A stretch of 63,516 bases of DNA, the filler included. It is 12 parts of 12 records of this genome, joined end to end, with 100 filler letters (N's around TTAATTAATTAA, not from the genome) between each part and the next. Parts side by side here need not be neighbours in the genome. Positions count along the whole stretch, not along the records: positions 54,415 to 63,516 come from SRR15195285_391; 11 more parts are not named here. One strand, given 5' to 3'. Shown here piece by piece: positions 63,328-63,516 of this stretch. Each line of letters starts with the position of its first letter. Position 1 is the first letter of the stretch. A model generated the notes under the pieces. The model was not told the DNA's origin, did no database searches, and saw only the letters and a list, made by a program, of their open reading frames with translations. The translations under genes and the position numbers were made by a program.

Positions 63328-63516
63328 CGGCACCGCACGCAGAGCCGCGTCGTCGCGCCGCGCAGCGCGCCGGCCGCGCGCGCGCGGTCCGCCGGATCCG
63401 CGGACCGCGCCGCGGCGCGCGTCTGCACGCGCGCGCGGGACCATGCACTGGCGCGGCGACCAGTACGGAATTCCACCCGGCGCTTGATCGCGACCGCAGG
63501 TCGATGATGCAATCCC

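Overview
This is eukaryotic genomic DNA, not prokaryotic. Twelve unlinked contigs are joined by eleven identical 100-nt artificial spacers (N44-TTAATTAATTAA-N44), so adjacency across a spacer means nothing. The DNA is GC-rich and gene-dense, with short GT-AG spliceosomal introns (donors often GTGCGT/GTGAGT) and the standard genetic code. It looks like a single-cell or metagenome assembly of a marine heterotrophic protist. The (EP)n-rich proteins, TIR genes and PTS2 enzymes suggest Picozoa, but that is a low-confidence inference. I built about 24 spliced gene models by hand, several of them only partly visible in the ORF track. Most notable: (1) a multi-pass membrane protein with Cys-rich ectodomain + TIR + SAM + EF-hands; (2) a second, intron-split TIR gene; (3) a four-domain voltage-gated channel with an apparent S/D/N/D selectivity ring and many EF-hands; (4) a protein with four B3-like pseudobarrel repeats; (5) a U-box nested in a CPKC thioredoxin fold, possibly fused to a mitochondrial-carrier-like protein; (6) a PR/SET domain nested in a TTL-less TTLL12-type domain; (7) PTS2-bearing XanA-like and cytochrome b5-DUF3445 oxygenases; (8) recurrent palindromic motifs upstream of genes. 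All family calls come from motif recognition by eye; no searches were run.
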